Positions 49,689 through 60,084 of a stretch of 64,000 nt of DNA are shown one piece after another. The first letter of the stretch is position 1. Each line of letters starts with the position of its first letter. The notes beneath the pieces were generated by a model. The model was not told where the DNA came from. It saw only the letters and a list, made by a program, of their open reading frames with translations, and searched no databases. The stretch is from assembly GCA_016705245.1 (NCBI GenBank), contig JADIYM010000025.1:2577-66576 (forward strand). Direction: 5' to 3'. The position numbers and the translations under genes were made by a program. The DNA is from Blastocatellia bacterium. GTDB taxonomy: Bacteria > Acidobacteriota > Blastocatellia > UBA7656 > JADIYM01.

Positions 49689-50952
49689 ATTGCCTGCCGA
49701 CGATCGTTACCGTGATGATTGAACGCTCTGCCCGGGCTGCGAGGCTGCGACGCTCGCGCTCGAGCGACTCCTTGGACGACTTTTTCGACTTGCGGGTATC
49801 GGCAGGCGCGTCTTCGTTCTTCCGTTCCTCGGCCATTTCGTCGTTGATCTCGGCGAGTCTGCCCGAAAGGTCGATGGCCGATCGCCGCACTGACTGTACG
49901 TTTCCGACTCCGCGCAGTCGCGAGATCGTCCGCTCGAAATTCTCGGCCGGCACGCTGATTTCCACGGTCACCGTATCCCCGTCACTGTCCTTGGACCGCG
50001 TCCATCGCTTGGTGACCGAACCGTTCTCTGCACGGGCCGCCGCCGCCACGCGGTCTGCAATGCTCGCTGCTTCAGTTCCTGTGATCGCGACGTCGGCGCG
50101 GTGAACTACGGCGGATTCCGACTCGCGACGTCCGGCGCTTCTCGCGGCCGGTTTCGGTGCAGCCGGCGCGGCCCGACCAGCCGCGATTTTCGAATCTGCC
50201 TTTCCGCCAGCGTAATCGTCGCGGCCGGGCGCGACCGCGGCCTCGGCGGGCTCGGATGCCGGCGGTTGCGCAAGCGCTCCAGGTCCCGTGGCCGGCGGCG
50301 GCGCTGGAGCCGGTTGCTCTGCCGCGGCCGCGGCCTCCCCGCCCTGGCCAGCGCTGTCCCCCGTCGTAACGTCGGTCACATTGGCATCGGCCTCGGTTTG
50401 ACCGACGACGCCCGATTTCTCCGGCGCGGTCTGTTCGTCCACAGGCTTGTCCGTCTCGGAGTCTTGCGAGTCACCGGCCGGCGCGTCGCCCGCCGACTTC
50501 GAGGCCGGATCACTTGACAGCGGAGTTGTGCCTTCCGCCGCGCGCGGCGCACCCGGCGCGGTAGCCGACTCTCCGACGACCGGAGCATTGAGGCCGCCCT
50601 TCTCGGACGGCACGTACCGGGGGAGTATTACGAGACCCGCGACGGCAGCAAACAGCGCAATCCCGGCGACCGCGCCGTACCGGCGCACGAGGTCTCTCCA
50701 GCCGCCCGAGCCCGGTGCGGATGAAGAGGGCGGAAGGCCGACCCGGTCCAGCAGTTCGCGCGCCGTCGGAAGTGCTTCCGGCTCCGGCGCCCCCCATTTC
50801 TCGAGCGCCCCGGTGACGTCCTTCAGGTCTCCGATCGTGCGATGGCAGTCCACACAGCCGACGATGTGCTCCGCGACGCGGGCGCGCCCGGCCTGGTCGA
50901 GGTCGCCATCGACCCACGCCAGCAGCATGTCGTCTTTCATTCCGCAGTTCAT
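49687..50952 (-). CDS. Anti-sigma factor (zf-HC2-type zinc finger, single TM, Pro/Ala-rich extracytoplasmic region)
   Basis: HIVGCVDCH zinc-finger motif near the N-terminus, a TM helix (AVAGIALFAAVAGLVIL), and the start about 25 nt after the ECF sigma stop. Confidence 0.7.
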   Translation of the reverse strand: MNCGMKDDMLLAWVDGDLDQAGRARVAEHIVGCVDCHRTIGDLKDVTGALEKWGAPEPEALPTARELLDRVGLPPSSSAPGSGGWRDLVRRYGAVAGIALFAAVAGLVILPRYVPSEKGGLNAPVVGESATAPGAPRAAEGTTPLSSDPASKSAGDAPAGDSQDSETDKPVDEQTAPEKSGVVGQTEADANVTDVTTGDSAGQGGEAAAAAEQPAPAPPPATGPGALAQPPASEPAEAAVAPGRDDYAGGKADSKIAAGRAAPAAPKPAARSAGRRESESAVVHRADVAITGTEAASIADRVAAAARAENGSVTKRWTRSKDSDGDTVTVEISVPAENFERTISRLRGVGNVQSVRRSAIDLSGRLAEINDEMAEERKNEDAPADTRKSKKSSKESLERERRSLAARAERSIITVTIVGRQ

Positions 50953-50977
50953 CGTCGTCTCCGCTTCTGCCCTTCCG

Positions 50978-51586
50978 CTACCGACCCGGCGACCGCATCG
51001 GAATGACGCGCCCGCCGTGATCGTCTCCACTTTCCATGCCAAGCAGCGGCTCGAGATGCCGCCGCAGGTCCAGCTTTCCCCGGAAGATCCGCGACTTTAC
51101 TGTTCCGACCGCCACTCCCGTGATCTCCGCAATCTCTTCGTAGCTCAGTCCCTGGTACTCTCGAAGCACGATAGCTTCGCGCTGTTCCGGATCGATCTTG
51201 TCGAGTGCCTCGACGACGAACGCCGCCTCCTGATGCAAGCTGGCCTGTCCGTCCGGTCCAAGTGCACCGTCTTCGACGTCGACCGTCGATCCATCCTCGC
51301 GCTCCAGCGAATCGACCACGCGAAAGTCGGCCCGGCGCGCTTCGCTTGCGCACTGGTTGAAGGCGATCCGATAGAGGTAGGTCTTGAACGACGCCTCCTG
51401 CCTCCACGACCCGCGTGACCGTATCAGTCCCATGAACACCTCTTGCGTGAGCTCTTCCGCTCGCGACGCATTCACCAGCCGCCTGAAGACGTACTGGTAG
51501 ATTGACCGACGATACCGGCCATAGAGCTGCTCGAACGCCGCGTCATCGCCGCCCTGAAACGCGGACATCAACTCCTCGTCGGTCAT
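50978..51586 (-). CDS. ECF-type RNA polymerase sigma-70 factor
   Basis: Region 2 (YQYVFRRL...LTQEVFMGL) and region 4 (LSYEEIAEITGVAVGTVKSRIFRG). The likely start is MTDEELMSAF. The longer ORF-track extension runs into the P1 repeat. Confidence 0.8.
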   Translation of the reverse strand: MTDEELMSAFQGGDDAAFEQLYGRYRRSIYQYVFRRLVNASRAEELTQEVFMGLIRSRGSWRQEASFKTYLYRIAFNQCASEARRADFRVVDSLEREDGSTVDVEDGALGPDGQASLHQEAAFVVEALDKIDPEQREAIVLREYQGLSYEEIAEITGVAVGTVKSRIFRGKLDLRRHLEPLLGMESGDDHGGRVIPMRSPGR

Positions 51587-51689
51587 TGCGGGGCCCCCCA
51601 CGCATTCACGCGTACTATCGTACACTGCGAAGGAAAGTTCCCGGCTGGCGAAAAAGAGTAAGGGCGCGTGCTGACGCCGGTGCTGCACC

Positions 51690-51778
51690 CTCCGCGCCTC
51701 GGTGCCTCCGCGTCTCGGTGTGCGAAGCTCTTCAGACGCTTCGCACACAGAGGCACGGAGGCTCGGAGTCACGGTGTG
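51690..51778. repeat. Palindromic repeat family P1, copy 5
   Basis: tctcggtgtgcgaagctcttcagacgcttcgcacacagaggcacggag, downstream of the dehydrogenase gene. Confidence 0.75.
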
Positions 51779-51788
51779 AAGTCGCCGC

Positions 51789-53000
51789 TCAACCGATGCG
51801 TGCCTCTACGATTTCCGCGGCGGCCGCGCGAGGCGTGATGCCCTTCGACCTCGAGAGCACGTGAATCGCGGGGATGTTCTTGGTGACCGCCGTGATGATC
51901 CGGGCGACCGCAGCCGGAATTCGAAGCGCGTCGAGTGGGTTCTGAAGTTCAGCCCAGCCCTCGGCGCCGCCGATGACTCCGCCACAGTTCACGATGTAGT
52001 CCGTGCCGACGATGACGCCGTGGTCGTGCAGGTGCTGCTCGGCCTCGTCCGTAAGTGGAGCGTTCGCGGCTTCGAGGACGAGCTTCGCGCGCATGGATTT
52101 CGCCGTCTCGAGGTCGATCGAGTTCGTTCGAGCCGCCGGCACCACGATGTCGGCCTCGAAAGCGAAGACGCGCTTGAGCTCGGCCTTGCCGGCGAAAACC
52201 TGCACCCCGGGCTGGTCCGTCTCGATGATCGACTTCCCGGCGTCTCGAAGAGCGAGCAGCCTGGCGAGGTCGAGGCCATCCGGATGGTGGACGACGCCGC
52301 CATAGTTGCGCGTGGCGTCCGGCAGATCGCTCGCGGCGATGAGCTTCACGCCGTCCTGGGCTGCGAAGCGCGCGAGCGCGGCGCCGACGTTGCCAAAGCC
52401 CTCGACCGACATCGTCGAGCCGGCGACCGACGTGAGTCCGTCGACGAAACCGCCCTCGACGAGCAACTTGAGCGTGTGCATCACCCCGAGCGCCGTCAAT
52501 CCGAGCTGGTCGAGTGGAATTCCGTCGGTTCGACCGATCGAACGCGCATTTTTCCTGAAGATTATGTCCATATCGCGCTCATCGGTTCCCATGTCTGGAC
52601 CGGGAATGTACTCGGCGTACGGCGCGACGCAGTCGGCATACCATTCGATGAGCTCACGACGTTGCGGCGAGCCCTGCGGGAAATCGACGGGGTTGGCGAC
52701 GATCGCCGACTTCGCACCGCCGTGCGGAATTAGGGCCGCCGCGTTTTTCCAGGTCATCGCTCGGGCGAGCTCATAGACTTCGCGCGGGGTGACATCGGGC
52801 GCGAATCGGCATCCGCCGATGGCCGGACCGCGGGCGATGTTGTGCGTCACGAGGATCGCCTTCGCGCCGAATTTCGCGTTCTCGAAAGCGAGAATATGCA
52901 GCGGGCCAAACGTGTCGACATCGCCTCGGACGACCGATTCTCGGTCAAGTTCGACGCCGACGCCGACGCAGACATCCCTCTGGGGATTCGCAAGAGCCAT
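51789..53000 (-). CDS. Glu/Leu/Phe/Val amino-acid dehydrogenase family protein
   Basis: Catalytic-lysine region HGGAKSAIV and a Rossmann motif GFGNVG. The start is probably at MALANPQRD (GGAGGTG RBS). The exact start coordinate is uncertain by 1-2 nt. Confidence 0.75.
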   Translation of the reverse strand: MALANPQRDVCVGVGVELDRESVVRGDVDTFGPLHILAFENAKFGAKAILVTHNIARGPAIGGCRFAPDVTPREVYELARAMTWKNAAALIPHGGAKSAIVANPVDFPQGSPQRRELIEWYADCVAPYAEYIPGPDMGTDERDMDIIFRKNARSIGRTDGIPLDQLGLTALGVMHTLKLLVEGGFVDGLTSVAGSTMSVEGFGNVGAALARFAAQDGVKLIAASDLPDATRNYGGVVHHPDGLDLARLLALRDAGKSIIETDQPGVQVFAGKAELKRVFAFEADIVVPAARTNSIDLETAKSMRAKLVLEAANAPLTDEAEQHLHDHGVIVGTDYIVNCGGVIGGAEGWAELQNPLDALRIPAAVARIITAVTKNIPAIHVLSRSKGITPRAAAAEIVEARIG

Positions 53001-53304
53001 GGTCACCTCCGGAACGGTATTGCTTTCCGGGACGAGGGGCACGCGGGGTCGCTCCGGTCGCGTTCCCGTGTCACCGCCGGACCAATGAACCTACCGGGCG
53101 CCGAAACGACGCGTCAAGGCGGGCGGAATTCGCGTTGCGAGGACACTTTCTGTTCGATTGACCCGTCCGCGACGCACAACGATTGACCCAGAACCCGGAG
53201 CGCAGCGACGATCCGTCGTTCGACCGCTGGAAGGCAACGGCCAAAGCGGCGATCCGCGACGCAAACCCACGTCCAACGGTTCGGACCGGGTCCTTGGGCG
53301 CTTG

Positions 53305-53967
53305 CTACTCCTTCCCGTAGATCCGGTCCAGCCGGCCAAGCTCGCGCTGCCGTACCTCTCCGCTCAGGTACGCGATGTCCTTGATGTTCTTCAGCGTCGA
53401 GTACGCGTGCTCGAGAACGCCAACCGTTCGGTCCTTCGAGAAAAGCCCTGTCGCGACTTTTGCGGACTTGAGCACAATACCGATCAGGGCCTGGTGACTC
53501 ACGTGATGCGTGAAATGCAGGCTCTCGATGATCATCTCGATCTGCCGGACGCGTTCGTCGTAGTTGTCGATATCGCGATAGATCTTCTCGTACTGCACCT
53601 CGGTGAAGGCCAGCGGAATGCCATCGTCGAGAATCCGCTGCGCGACGATCTCGTCCAGCTCGTCTGTAAGCTTGTGGAGATCGAGAAGGCCAATCAGTCC
53701 GTGATAGATCTCGTCTCCGAGCAGGTGCCGGAACTGACCCGTCAGCCTTCGAAAGCTCTCGTTGCGCTCCGTGAAATCGCGCGCCGAGTAGATCTCAGTC
53801 GCGAAGAACTCGCTGAACGGGCCGTACTCTTCCGACATCCGCAGATCGCGGAAGTCACGCTTCAGCCGGCGAACCTGGAAGTCCTGAACCGCCGTCTTGG
53901 CCTCGTCGAGGGACGCATCAGTTTTCACGGGAGCCGTCGTTTTCTTCACGGTGTTCAATCTAGACAT
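53305..53967 (-). CDS. Hypothetical cytoplasmic protein, divergent from the polyamine-type operon
   Basis: 220-aa hydrophilic ORF with a natural amino-acid composition (Lys/Glu/Ile/Tyr-rich) unlike GC-driven spurious ORFs. No motif recognised. Confidence 0.5.
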   Translation of the reverse strand: MSRLNTVKKTTAPVKTDASLDEAKTAVQDFQVRRLKRDFRDLRMSEEYGPFSEFFATEIYSARDFTERNESFRRLTGQFRHLLGDEIYHGLIGLLDLHKLTDELDEIVAQRILDDGIPLAFTEVQYEKIYRDIDNYDERVRQIEMIIESLHFTHHVSHQALIGIVLKSAKVATGLFSKDRTVGVLEHAYSTLKNIKDIAYLSGEVRQRELGRLDRIYGKE

Positions 53968-54105
53968 GGCGCTGTCGGTCAGGCAACCAGGTTAACCCAT
54001 GCCTCGCTGGAAGCCGGGCTTGTCAAACGGCCTCGGTTGCCGCATCCTCTTCGCGTTTGTGTTGGATCCGACCTGTGTATGGTGAGCCTTCGCCCTGAGA
54101 GTACC

Positions 54106-54492
54106 ATGGAGAGCAACGTCGGGATCGAGTGGGTTGTCGATGCGGTCGGATGTGTGCCTTCGGCGCTCAGGGATGTGCGTGCCCTCCAGGACGTGGTCGC
54201 AAGGGCAATCGACGAACTGGGACTGATGGTGCTCGGTGAGCCCTCGTGGCACGTCTTCGAAGGACAGGGCGGGGTGACCGGTCTCGTCATGCTGACCGAA
54301 TCGCACCTTGCCGTGCACACGTATCCCGAGGTCGGCGTCGCGACGTTCAATCTCTACTGCTGCTCCAGACGGCCCGACTGGCCGTGGGCCGATCGGCTCG
54401 CCGAGCATATCGGGGCCGAGGCCGTCGAGGTGCGCACAATCGTCCGTGGCGCGATGTGCGAAGCATTCGGAGCGGAGCCCGTCGCTCGATGA
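54106..54492 (+). CDS. speH: S-adenosylmethionine decarboxylase proenzyme, class 1b (SpeH/SpeD-like)
   Basis: Self-processing site region LTESHLAVHTYPE and ATFNLYCC. 128 aa. The stop overlaps the next start (ATGA). Confidence 0.85.
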   Translation: MESNVGIEWVVDAVGCVPSALRDVRALQDVVARAIDELGLMVLGEPSWHVFEGQGGVTGLVMLTESHLAVHTYPEVGVATFNLYCCSRRPDWPWADRLAEHIGAEAVEVRTIVRGAMCEAFGAEPVAR

Positions 54493-56399
54493 TCGTGACT
54501 CGCGCAAACTGTCCCTCGTGTGGAGCCCCGGTCGAGTTCAAGCTCGGCGCGTCCATCGTCGTCATCTGCGAATTCTGCAACTCGGCAATTGCGAGAACCG
54601 ACCGTGACGTACGCAACCTCGGAAAGGTCGCCGATCTCGTCGACACGCGATCCCCCCTGGCCGTCGGCATCGAGGGCAAGTTCGACGGCAAGCCCTTCGT
54701 CCTGACCGGGCGCGCGCAGATCCAGCATCAGGCCGGCGGCGTGTGGGACGAGTGGTACGCGACATTCGGCGACGGGCGAACCGGATGGCTCGCCGAGGCG
54801 CAGGGCCGTTTCTACATGACCTTTCCGGTCCGGGTGTCGGACGCAAACCTGCTGCCGCCACTCGCGAGCGCGCGACCGGGTCTCGCAGGGCCGCTGCCTG
54901 GAGCCGTTGGCAACTTCGTCGTGAGCGAAATCGGCGCCGCGCGGCCAATCGCCGCCGAGGGCGAGATCCCGTACGAGCTCGTGCCGGGCGAAGAGTACTA
55001 CTTCGTCGATCTGTCGGGAGACGCCGGGCAGTTCGCGACGATCGACTACAGCGAGACGCCGCCCCTGCTCTTCGTGGGTCGCGAAGTGACGCTTGGCGGG
55101 ATCGGGATTCGGCGCGAAGCCGACTCGTTCGATGCGAAGGAGAGACGCGTCGGTTCCGTCCGTCTCACTTGTCCGCAGTGCGGCGGACCGATGGAGCTCC
55201 GCGCTCCGGAAGCCGAGCGCACGACGTGTCCAAACTGCAACGCACTGCTCGACGTCAACCAGGGAAACCTGTCCTACCTGCGCACGCTCGAGTCGCGGTC
55301 GCTGCCGCTGATCCCGCTCGGTTCGACTGCGAAGTGGGACGAAGGCGAGCTCACGACGATCGGGTACATGACTCGCGCCTGCGTAGTCGAAGGCGTCACG
55401 TACGGCTGGGAAGAGTACCTGCTCTACGCGCCTCAGGTGGGATTTCGCTGGCTCGTGCACGATTCCGGCCATTGGTCGTACGTGCGTCCGATCTCAGCCG
55501 GGGAGGTCTTTGACGGCGAGGTCGTCGCTTCCTACAACGGCAAGTCCTTCAAGCGATTCCAGGCGGTGACCGCCTACGTGCAGACGGTGTACGGAGAGTT
55601 CTACTGGCGCGTAGAGGTGGGCGAGCGCACAGGTGCGACCGACTTCGTGAACGCGCCCGAGATCCTGTCGAAGGAAGTCTCAGTCAGCGAGATCACGTGG
55701 TCGCACGGCGTCTACGTCACGCGCGACACGATTGCATCGCTCTACCAGGTCCAGCGTGAGCTTCCGGAACCGACGACGATCGGCATGGCGCAACCGAACC
55801 CTCACAAGGGCAAGGTGCTGCCGTGGGTGATGCTGCTGCTCATCGCGTTCGTGGTCGGTCTTGGGTTTCAGGCGTGCGGCGCCCGCCGCGCGATCTTCAA
55901 CAAGACGATCGAGTTCAAGCCTGTCGAAAACGCGACGGCGACGGCGGTCTACTTCAGCGACGAGTTCAGCGTGGAGGGCTACGAGAACCTGAAGGTCGAG
56001 GTAACGGCGCCGGTCGACAACTCGTGGTTCTATGCCGAGGGCGACCTGGTGAACGTCGAGACCGGGCTCGTGCAGGGCTTCTCGATACCCGTCGAGTACT
56101 ACCGCGGCGTGGAAGGCGGCGAGTCGTGGAGCGAAGGCGGCACGACGAGCGAAACGCACCTGTCATCGCTCCCCGCGGGCCGGTACACGCTGCGTCTAGA
56201 AGCGCAGTGGCAGGAGTTCGCAAAGCCGATCTCGCCGTCGATCCGCATTACTCAGGGCGTGCCGCGGCTGGTGCACTGGATGGTGCTCATGGTGATCGTA
56301 CTGCTGGGAATGGTCATCATGGCCATCGTGAAGAACAGCTTCGAAGGACGTCGATGGAGCGAGAGCATGTTCAATCCCGCATCGAGCGACGACGAATAG
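54489..56399 (+). CDS. DUF4178-like protein with repeated Cys4 zinc-ribbon motifs and a C-terminal TM helix
   Basis: CPSCGAP...CEFCNS and CPQCGGP...CPNCNA zinc-ribbon pairs, a GWEEYLLY...WLVHDSGHW block and a late TM (VLPWVMLLLIAFVVGL). Start is coupled to the speH stop. The DUF4178 label is my recollection of speH/speE-linked genes. Confidence 0.6.
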   Translation: MIVTRANCPSCGAPVEFKLGASIVVICEFCNSAIARTDRDVRNLGKVADLVDTRSPLAVGIEGKFDGKPFVLTGRAQIQHQAGGVWDEWYATFGDGRTGWLAEAQGRFYMTFPVRVSDANLLPPLASARPGLAGPLPGAVGNFVVSEIGAARPIAAEGEIPYELVPGEEYYFVDLSGDAGQFATIDYSETPPLLFVGREVTLGGIGIRREADSFDAKERRVGSVRLTCPQCGGPMELRAPEAERTTCPNCNALLDVNQGNLSYLRTLESRSLPLIPLGSTAKWDEGELTTIGYMTRACVVEGVTYGWEEYLLYAPQVGFRWLVHDSGHWSYVRPISAGEVFDGEVVASYNGKSFKRFQAVTAYVQTVYGEFYWRVEVGERTGATDFVNAPEILSKEVSVSEITWSHGVYVTRDTIASLYQVQRELPEPTTIGMAQPNPHKGKVLPWVMLLLIAFVVGLGFQACGARRAIFNKTIEFKPVENATATAVYFSDEFSVEGYENLKVEVTAPVDNSWFYAEGDLVNVETGLVQGFSIPVEYYRGVEGGESWSEGGTTSETHLSSLPAGRYTLRLEAQWQEFAKPISPSIRITQGVPRLVHWMVLMVIVLLGMVIMAIVKNSFEGRRWSESMFNPASSDDE

Positions 56400-56415
56400 G
56401 ACTGGAGGAGACGAC

Positions 56416-56598
56416 GTGATCAACAAGTTCTTTCTCGGACTGGCGGCACTGGCCATCCTCGGCTACGGCGGCGTGGCGTGGACCGGCACGGAGTTCGGCG
56501 ACTCGGAGCGCGATTTCGTCCCGGCGGATGTTCGGCAGTCGCCGGGCGGCTACCGTTCTTTCCATTTTTGGCATTCCGGCTACCAGGGAGGGAAGTGA
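56416..56598 (+). CDS. Small membrane protein (60 aa, one TM)
   Basis: GGAGGAG RBS followed by GTG. A hydrophobic N-terminus (FFLGLAALAILGYGGVAW). The stop overlaps the next ATG. Confidence 0.45.
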   Translation: MINKFFLGLAALAILGYGGVAWTGTEFGDSERDFVPADVRQSPGGYRSFHFWHSGYQGGK

Positions 56599-56825
56599 TG
56601 ACGCCTGAAGCTCTGCAACTCTTCGTGCAGCACCTCATCGCGGCGCTCGGCTTTACCATCGTCGGGCTCATCTTTTTTGCGATCGCCTTCGTGATCATGG
56701 CCAAGGCGACACCGTTCTCGATCCGACACGAGATCGAGGAAGACCAGAACACGGCTCTCGCGATCGTCATGGCATCGATCATCATCGGCATCGCGATCAT
56801 CATCGGAATGGCCATTCAGGGCTGA
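56598..56825 (+). CDS. DUF350-like small membrane protein (2 TM)
   Basis: 75 aa with two helices separated by a charged loop (ATPFSIRHEIEEDQNTALA), the typical DUF350/YjfL layout, and an RBS AGGGAGGGAAG. Confidence 0.55.
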   Translation: MTPEALQLFVQHLIAALGFTIVGLIFFAIAFVIMAKATPFSIRHEIEEDQNTALAIVMASIIIGIAIIIGMAIQG

Positions 56826-57049
56826 CGCGAGGCGCGCCTCGCGGCCGCGTCCACGTCGTGCGCGCCCGCGCGCGAAAAGACCGGCATGTCCGTCGAAACT
56901 GAACCGTCCATCTCCCCGACCTCGGCCCCGCCCGACGCCGCGTTCATTCGCCCGGCGATCGTTTTGCCAATGTCTTCCTGATCGCGACGTGCGGCCTGAT
57001 CTACGAGCTGCTGGCCGCCACCCTGGCAAGCTACGTTCTCGGCGACTCG

Positions 57050-58444
57050 GTGACGCAGTTCTCGCTCGTAATCGGCATCTACCTGTCGGCGCTCGGTGTA
57101 GGCGCGTGGCTCTCGAAGTTCGTGACCTCGAACATCGCGCGCATCTTCATCGAGGTAGAGCTCGTCGTTGCGCTGCTCGGCGGGACCGCGGCGCCCGTGT
57201 TGTTCCTCGCGTTCGCGCGCGTCGGGGCGTTCTCGCTGCTCCTGTATTCGCTCGTCTTCGCGATCGGCGTATTCGTTGGTCTCGAGATCCCGCTCCTGAT
57301 GCGGCTGCTCGAGAACAGGCTGTCGTTCAAGGACATCGTCGCCCGCGTTCTCGCCTTCGACTACATCGGCTCACTGGCGGCGTCGATACTCTTCCCGATC
57401 ATCCTGGTTCCGCGGCTCGGCCTGATCCGAACGTCGCTGTTGTTCGGACTGCTCAACGCCGTCGTCGGTCTCTGGAGCACCTGGCTGCTCAACCCGCTCA
57501 TCAAGCGGGGTCTCACGGGCCTGCGCATCCGGGCGATCGTGCTCATCGTCCTGCTGTGCGTCGGATTCTGGAAGGCGAACGCGCTTACTTCGCTCTCCGA
57601 AGAGGGGCTTTATGCGGACGACGTCGTTTATGCGACGTCGACGCCTTATCAACGAATCGTGGTCACGAAGGGCAAGTCGGGTTTCCAGCTCTTCCTGAAC
57701 GGGAATCTCCAGTTCGCGTCGGCCGACGAATACCGCTACCACGAGGCGCTAGTGCATCCGGCGATGCTCGTGCACGCGAACCCCCGCCGTGTGCTCGTGC
57801 TCGGCGGAGGCGACGGGCTCGCGATGCGCGAAATACTGCGGAGGCCAGACGTCGAGGCGGTCACGCTCGTCGATCTCGACCCGGGAATGACCGAGCTGTC
57901 GACGCGTTTTCCGCCGCTCGCCGACCTGAATGCGCACAGCTTCGCGGACCCGCGCGTCACCGTCGTCAATCGCGACGCAATGACCTGGATTCAGGAGGTC
58001 ACCGACCGGTTCGACGTCGTCATCGTCGACTTTCCCGACCCGAACTCTTTCGCGCTGGGGAAGCTCTACACGACACGCTTCTACGGTCTGCTTCGCGCGC
58101 GACTTGCGCCCGGCGCGATGGTCGCGGTTCAGTGCACTTCGCCGCTCTTCGCGCGGACTTCCTACTGGTGCATCATCCGGACGCTCGAGGCAGCCGGGTT
58201 TGTCGTCCGGCCCTACCAGACCGCGGTCCCGTCTTTCGGCGTCTGGGGATTCGCACTCGCGAGTCTCGGGCCGTTCGAAGTTCCGCCTGCCGTTCCGCCC
58301 GGGCTCAGGTTCCTCAACGATGATGCGCTGCACGCGATGTTCCGGTTCAGCGAGGACATGGGCCCGGTCGAGGTCGAGATCAACCGACTCGACAACCAGG
58401 CACTCGTCCGCTACTACGAACAGGAATGGAAGCGATGGGACTGA
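57050..58444 (+). CDS. speE: Membrane-anchored spermidine synthase-like aminopropyltransferase (N-terminal polytopic domain plus PABS domain)
   Basis: PABS signature [16 protein letters not shown]...LVDLDPGM and about 7 N-terminal TM helices. The N-terminus probably extends to the ATG at 56886 through a 1-nt frame change in a TTTT run near 56962 (frame [12 protein letters not shown]..., frame C ...[20 protein letters not shown]...). Confidence 0.75.
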   Translation: MTQFSLVIGIYLSALGVGAWLSKFVTSNIARIFIEVELVVALLGGTAAPVLFLAFARVGAFSLLLYSLVFAIGVFVGLEIPLLMRLLENRLSFKDIVARVLAFDYIGSLAASILFPIILVPRLGLIRTSLLFGLLNAVVGLWSTWLLNPLIKRGLTGLRIRAIVLIVLLCVGFWKANALTSLSEEGLYADDVVYATSTPYQRIVVTKGKSGFQLFLNGNLQFASADEYRYHEALVHPAMLVHANPRRVLVLGGGDGLAMREILRRPDVEAVTLVDLDPGMTELSTRFPPLADLNAHSFADPRVTVVNRDAMTWIQEVTDRFDVVIVDFPDPNSFALGKLYTTRFYGLLRARLAPGAMVAVQCTSPLFARTSYWCIIRTLEAAGFVVRPYQTAVPSFGVWGFALASLGPFEVPPAVPPGLRFLNDDALHAMFRFSEDMGPVEVEINRLDNQALVRYYEQEWKRWD

Positions 58445-60084
58445 GTCCGTGGACGCGCCGAGATCTGCTGGCGACGTTCCTGGCGGCGCCCGTTGCAGCC
58501 GCGTCCTGCCGATCCGGCGCTGAGCCGCCGCCACTGCCGCCGGGTGAGCTCATTGGCCCGTCCGTCGAGGTTGGCCACCGGTTGCGCGACGGCTTTCGCC
58601 CCGAGCCGCCGGCCGATGGATGGGTCGACATGCCCGTGGTAATCGTCGGCGGCGGAGTTGCTGGACTGTCTGCGGCGTGGCGGCTCGAGCGGGGCGGTCT
58701 GGACCGGTTCGCGCTGCTCGAGCTCGAGCCAGATCTCGGGGGCACCTCGCGCGCCGGCCATTCCGATGTCGTTGCATACCCGTGGGGCGCGCACTACATA
58801 CCGGCACCGCTCAAGGAGGACCGCGCACTCGTCGCGCTGCTCGACGAGATGGGTGTGCTCGAAGGCCGCGACGCCCACGGTGGGCCGGTCGTGGCAGAGC
58901 AGTTCCTCTGTCGCGATCCCGAGGAGCGCGTCTTCCACCGGGGGCGATGGTACGAAGGTCTGTATCTGACTGCAGGCGCATCCGGAGACGACCTGGCCCA
59001 GTTCGAGACGTTCCGGGCGGCGACGCGCGAATGGGTGGCCTGGCGTGACGGCCGGGGACGCCGCGCCTTCGGACTTCCGATCGCATCGGGCTCCGACGAC
59101 GCCGAGGTTACGGCGCTCGATCGGCTCTCGATGGCCGACTGGCTCGGCGCGCGAGGACTGACGTCTGAGCGATTGCGCTGGTATGTCGAATATGCGTGCC
59201 GTGACGACTATGGCGGACGGCTCGAGCAGAGGAGCGCGTGGGCCGGGCTCTTTTATTTCTGCTCGCGGGTCGGTGGATTCGACGACGAAGCGCAGCCACT
59301 CGTCACCTGGCCCGAAGGCAACGGACGTCTCGTCGCGCATCTGGCGGGGGTCGCCGGAGAGCGCGTTCGGTCGGGACTGGCTGTCACGGACGTTCGAGTA
59401 GTCGGGACGACCATCGAGGTCGTCGCTTACGACGTCGCCGCCGACGCGGCCGTCGGGTTCCGATGCGACCGCGCGATTCTCGCGACGCCGAGTTTTCTGA
59501 CCGAGCGCCTCGTCGCGCCGCTTCGCGACGGTGTTGGTCCGCGGCGCGACGGCGTGCCGTATGGTGCGTGGATGGTGGCCAACCTCCACCTGCGCGATCG
59601 GCCACGGCTGCGGCCGGGCAACTTCCCGATGTGCTGGGACAACGTGCTCGTCGAAAGTCCTTCGCTCGGGTACGTCGTGGCAACGCACCAGACCGAACAG
59701 GATCGCGGGCCGACGGTCTTGACCTACTACTATCCGCTGACGGACGAGAATGCGCGTGACGGTCAGCAGCGGTTGCTCTCGGCCGGTCGCGACGAATGGG
59801 CCGAGGTCGCCCTTGCCGATCTTTCGGTCGCCCATCCAGACCTTCGCGAGCTTACGACGCGCGTCGATATCATGCGATGGGGTCACGCCATGGCTCGACC
59901 CGAGCCCGGCACCGTCTGGCCTCCGGACCGGCAACGTGCGGCCGAGCCCGTTGGACGCGTCCACTTCGCTCATACCGACCTCAGCCGGGTGGCCCTTTTC
60001 GAAGAGGCGCTTTACCACGGTGTTCGTGCGGCCGAGGAGGTACTCGCCGCGTCCGGCCGCCGCGTCGAGTCCCTCGCCTTATGA
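58426..60084 (+). CDS. Tat-exported FAD-dependent amine-oxidase-like oxidoreductase
   Basis: Twin-arginine signal ([18 protein letters not shown]) and an FAD/NAD dinucleotide motif [17 protein letters not shown]. The start overlaps the speE stop. Confidence 0.7.
   Translation: MEAMGLSPWTRRDLLATFLAAPVAAASCRSGAEPPPLPPGELIGPSVEVGHRLRDGFRPEPPADGWVDMPVVIVGGGVAGLSAAWRLERGGLDRFALLELEPDLGGTSRAGHSDVVAYPWGAHYIPAPLKEDRALVALLDEMGVLEGRDAHGGPVVAEQFLCRDPEERVFHRGRWYEGLYLTAGASGDDLAQFETFRAATREWVAWRDGRGRRAFGLPIASGSDDAEVTALDRLSMADWLGARGLTSERLRWYVEYACRDDYGGRLEQRSAWAGLFYFCSRVGGFDDEAQPLVTWPEGNGRLVAHLAGVAGERVRSGLAVTDVRVVGTTIEVVAYDVAADAAVGFRCDRAILATPSFLTERLVAPLRDGVGPRRDGVPYGAWMVANLHLRDRPRLRPGNFPMCWDNVLVESPSLGYVVATHQTEQDRGPTVLTYYYPLTDENARDGQQRLLSAGRDEWAEVALADLSVAHPDLRELTTRVDIMRWGHAMARPEPGTVWPPDRQRAAEPVGRVHFAHTDLSRVALFEEALYHGVRAAEEVLAASGRRVESLAL

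Noticed and set aside
53158-54105. Long + strand ORF (53158..54492, 444 aa) spanning this region
   Set aside because: Its first roughly 315 codons are antisense to the better-supported 53305..53967 gene and have an Arg/Leu-rich GC-artefact composition. Only its last 128 codons (54106..54492, speH) are credible.
54354-55472. 372-aa minus-strand ORF and 54743..55513 + ORF
   Set aside because: They are shadow ORFs of the DUF4178-like gene (54489..56399) in a high-GC sequence, with Arg-rich composition.
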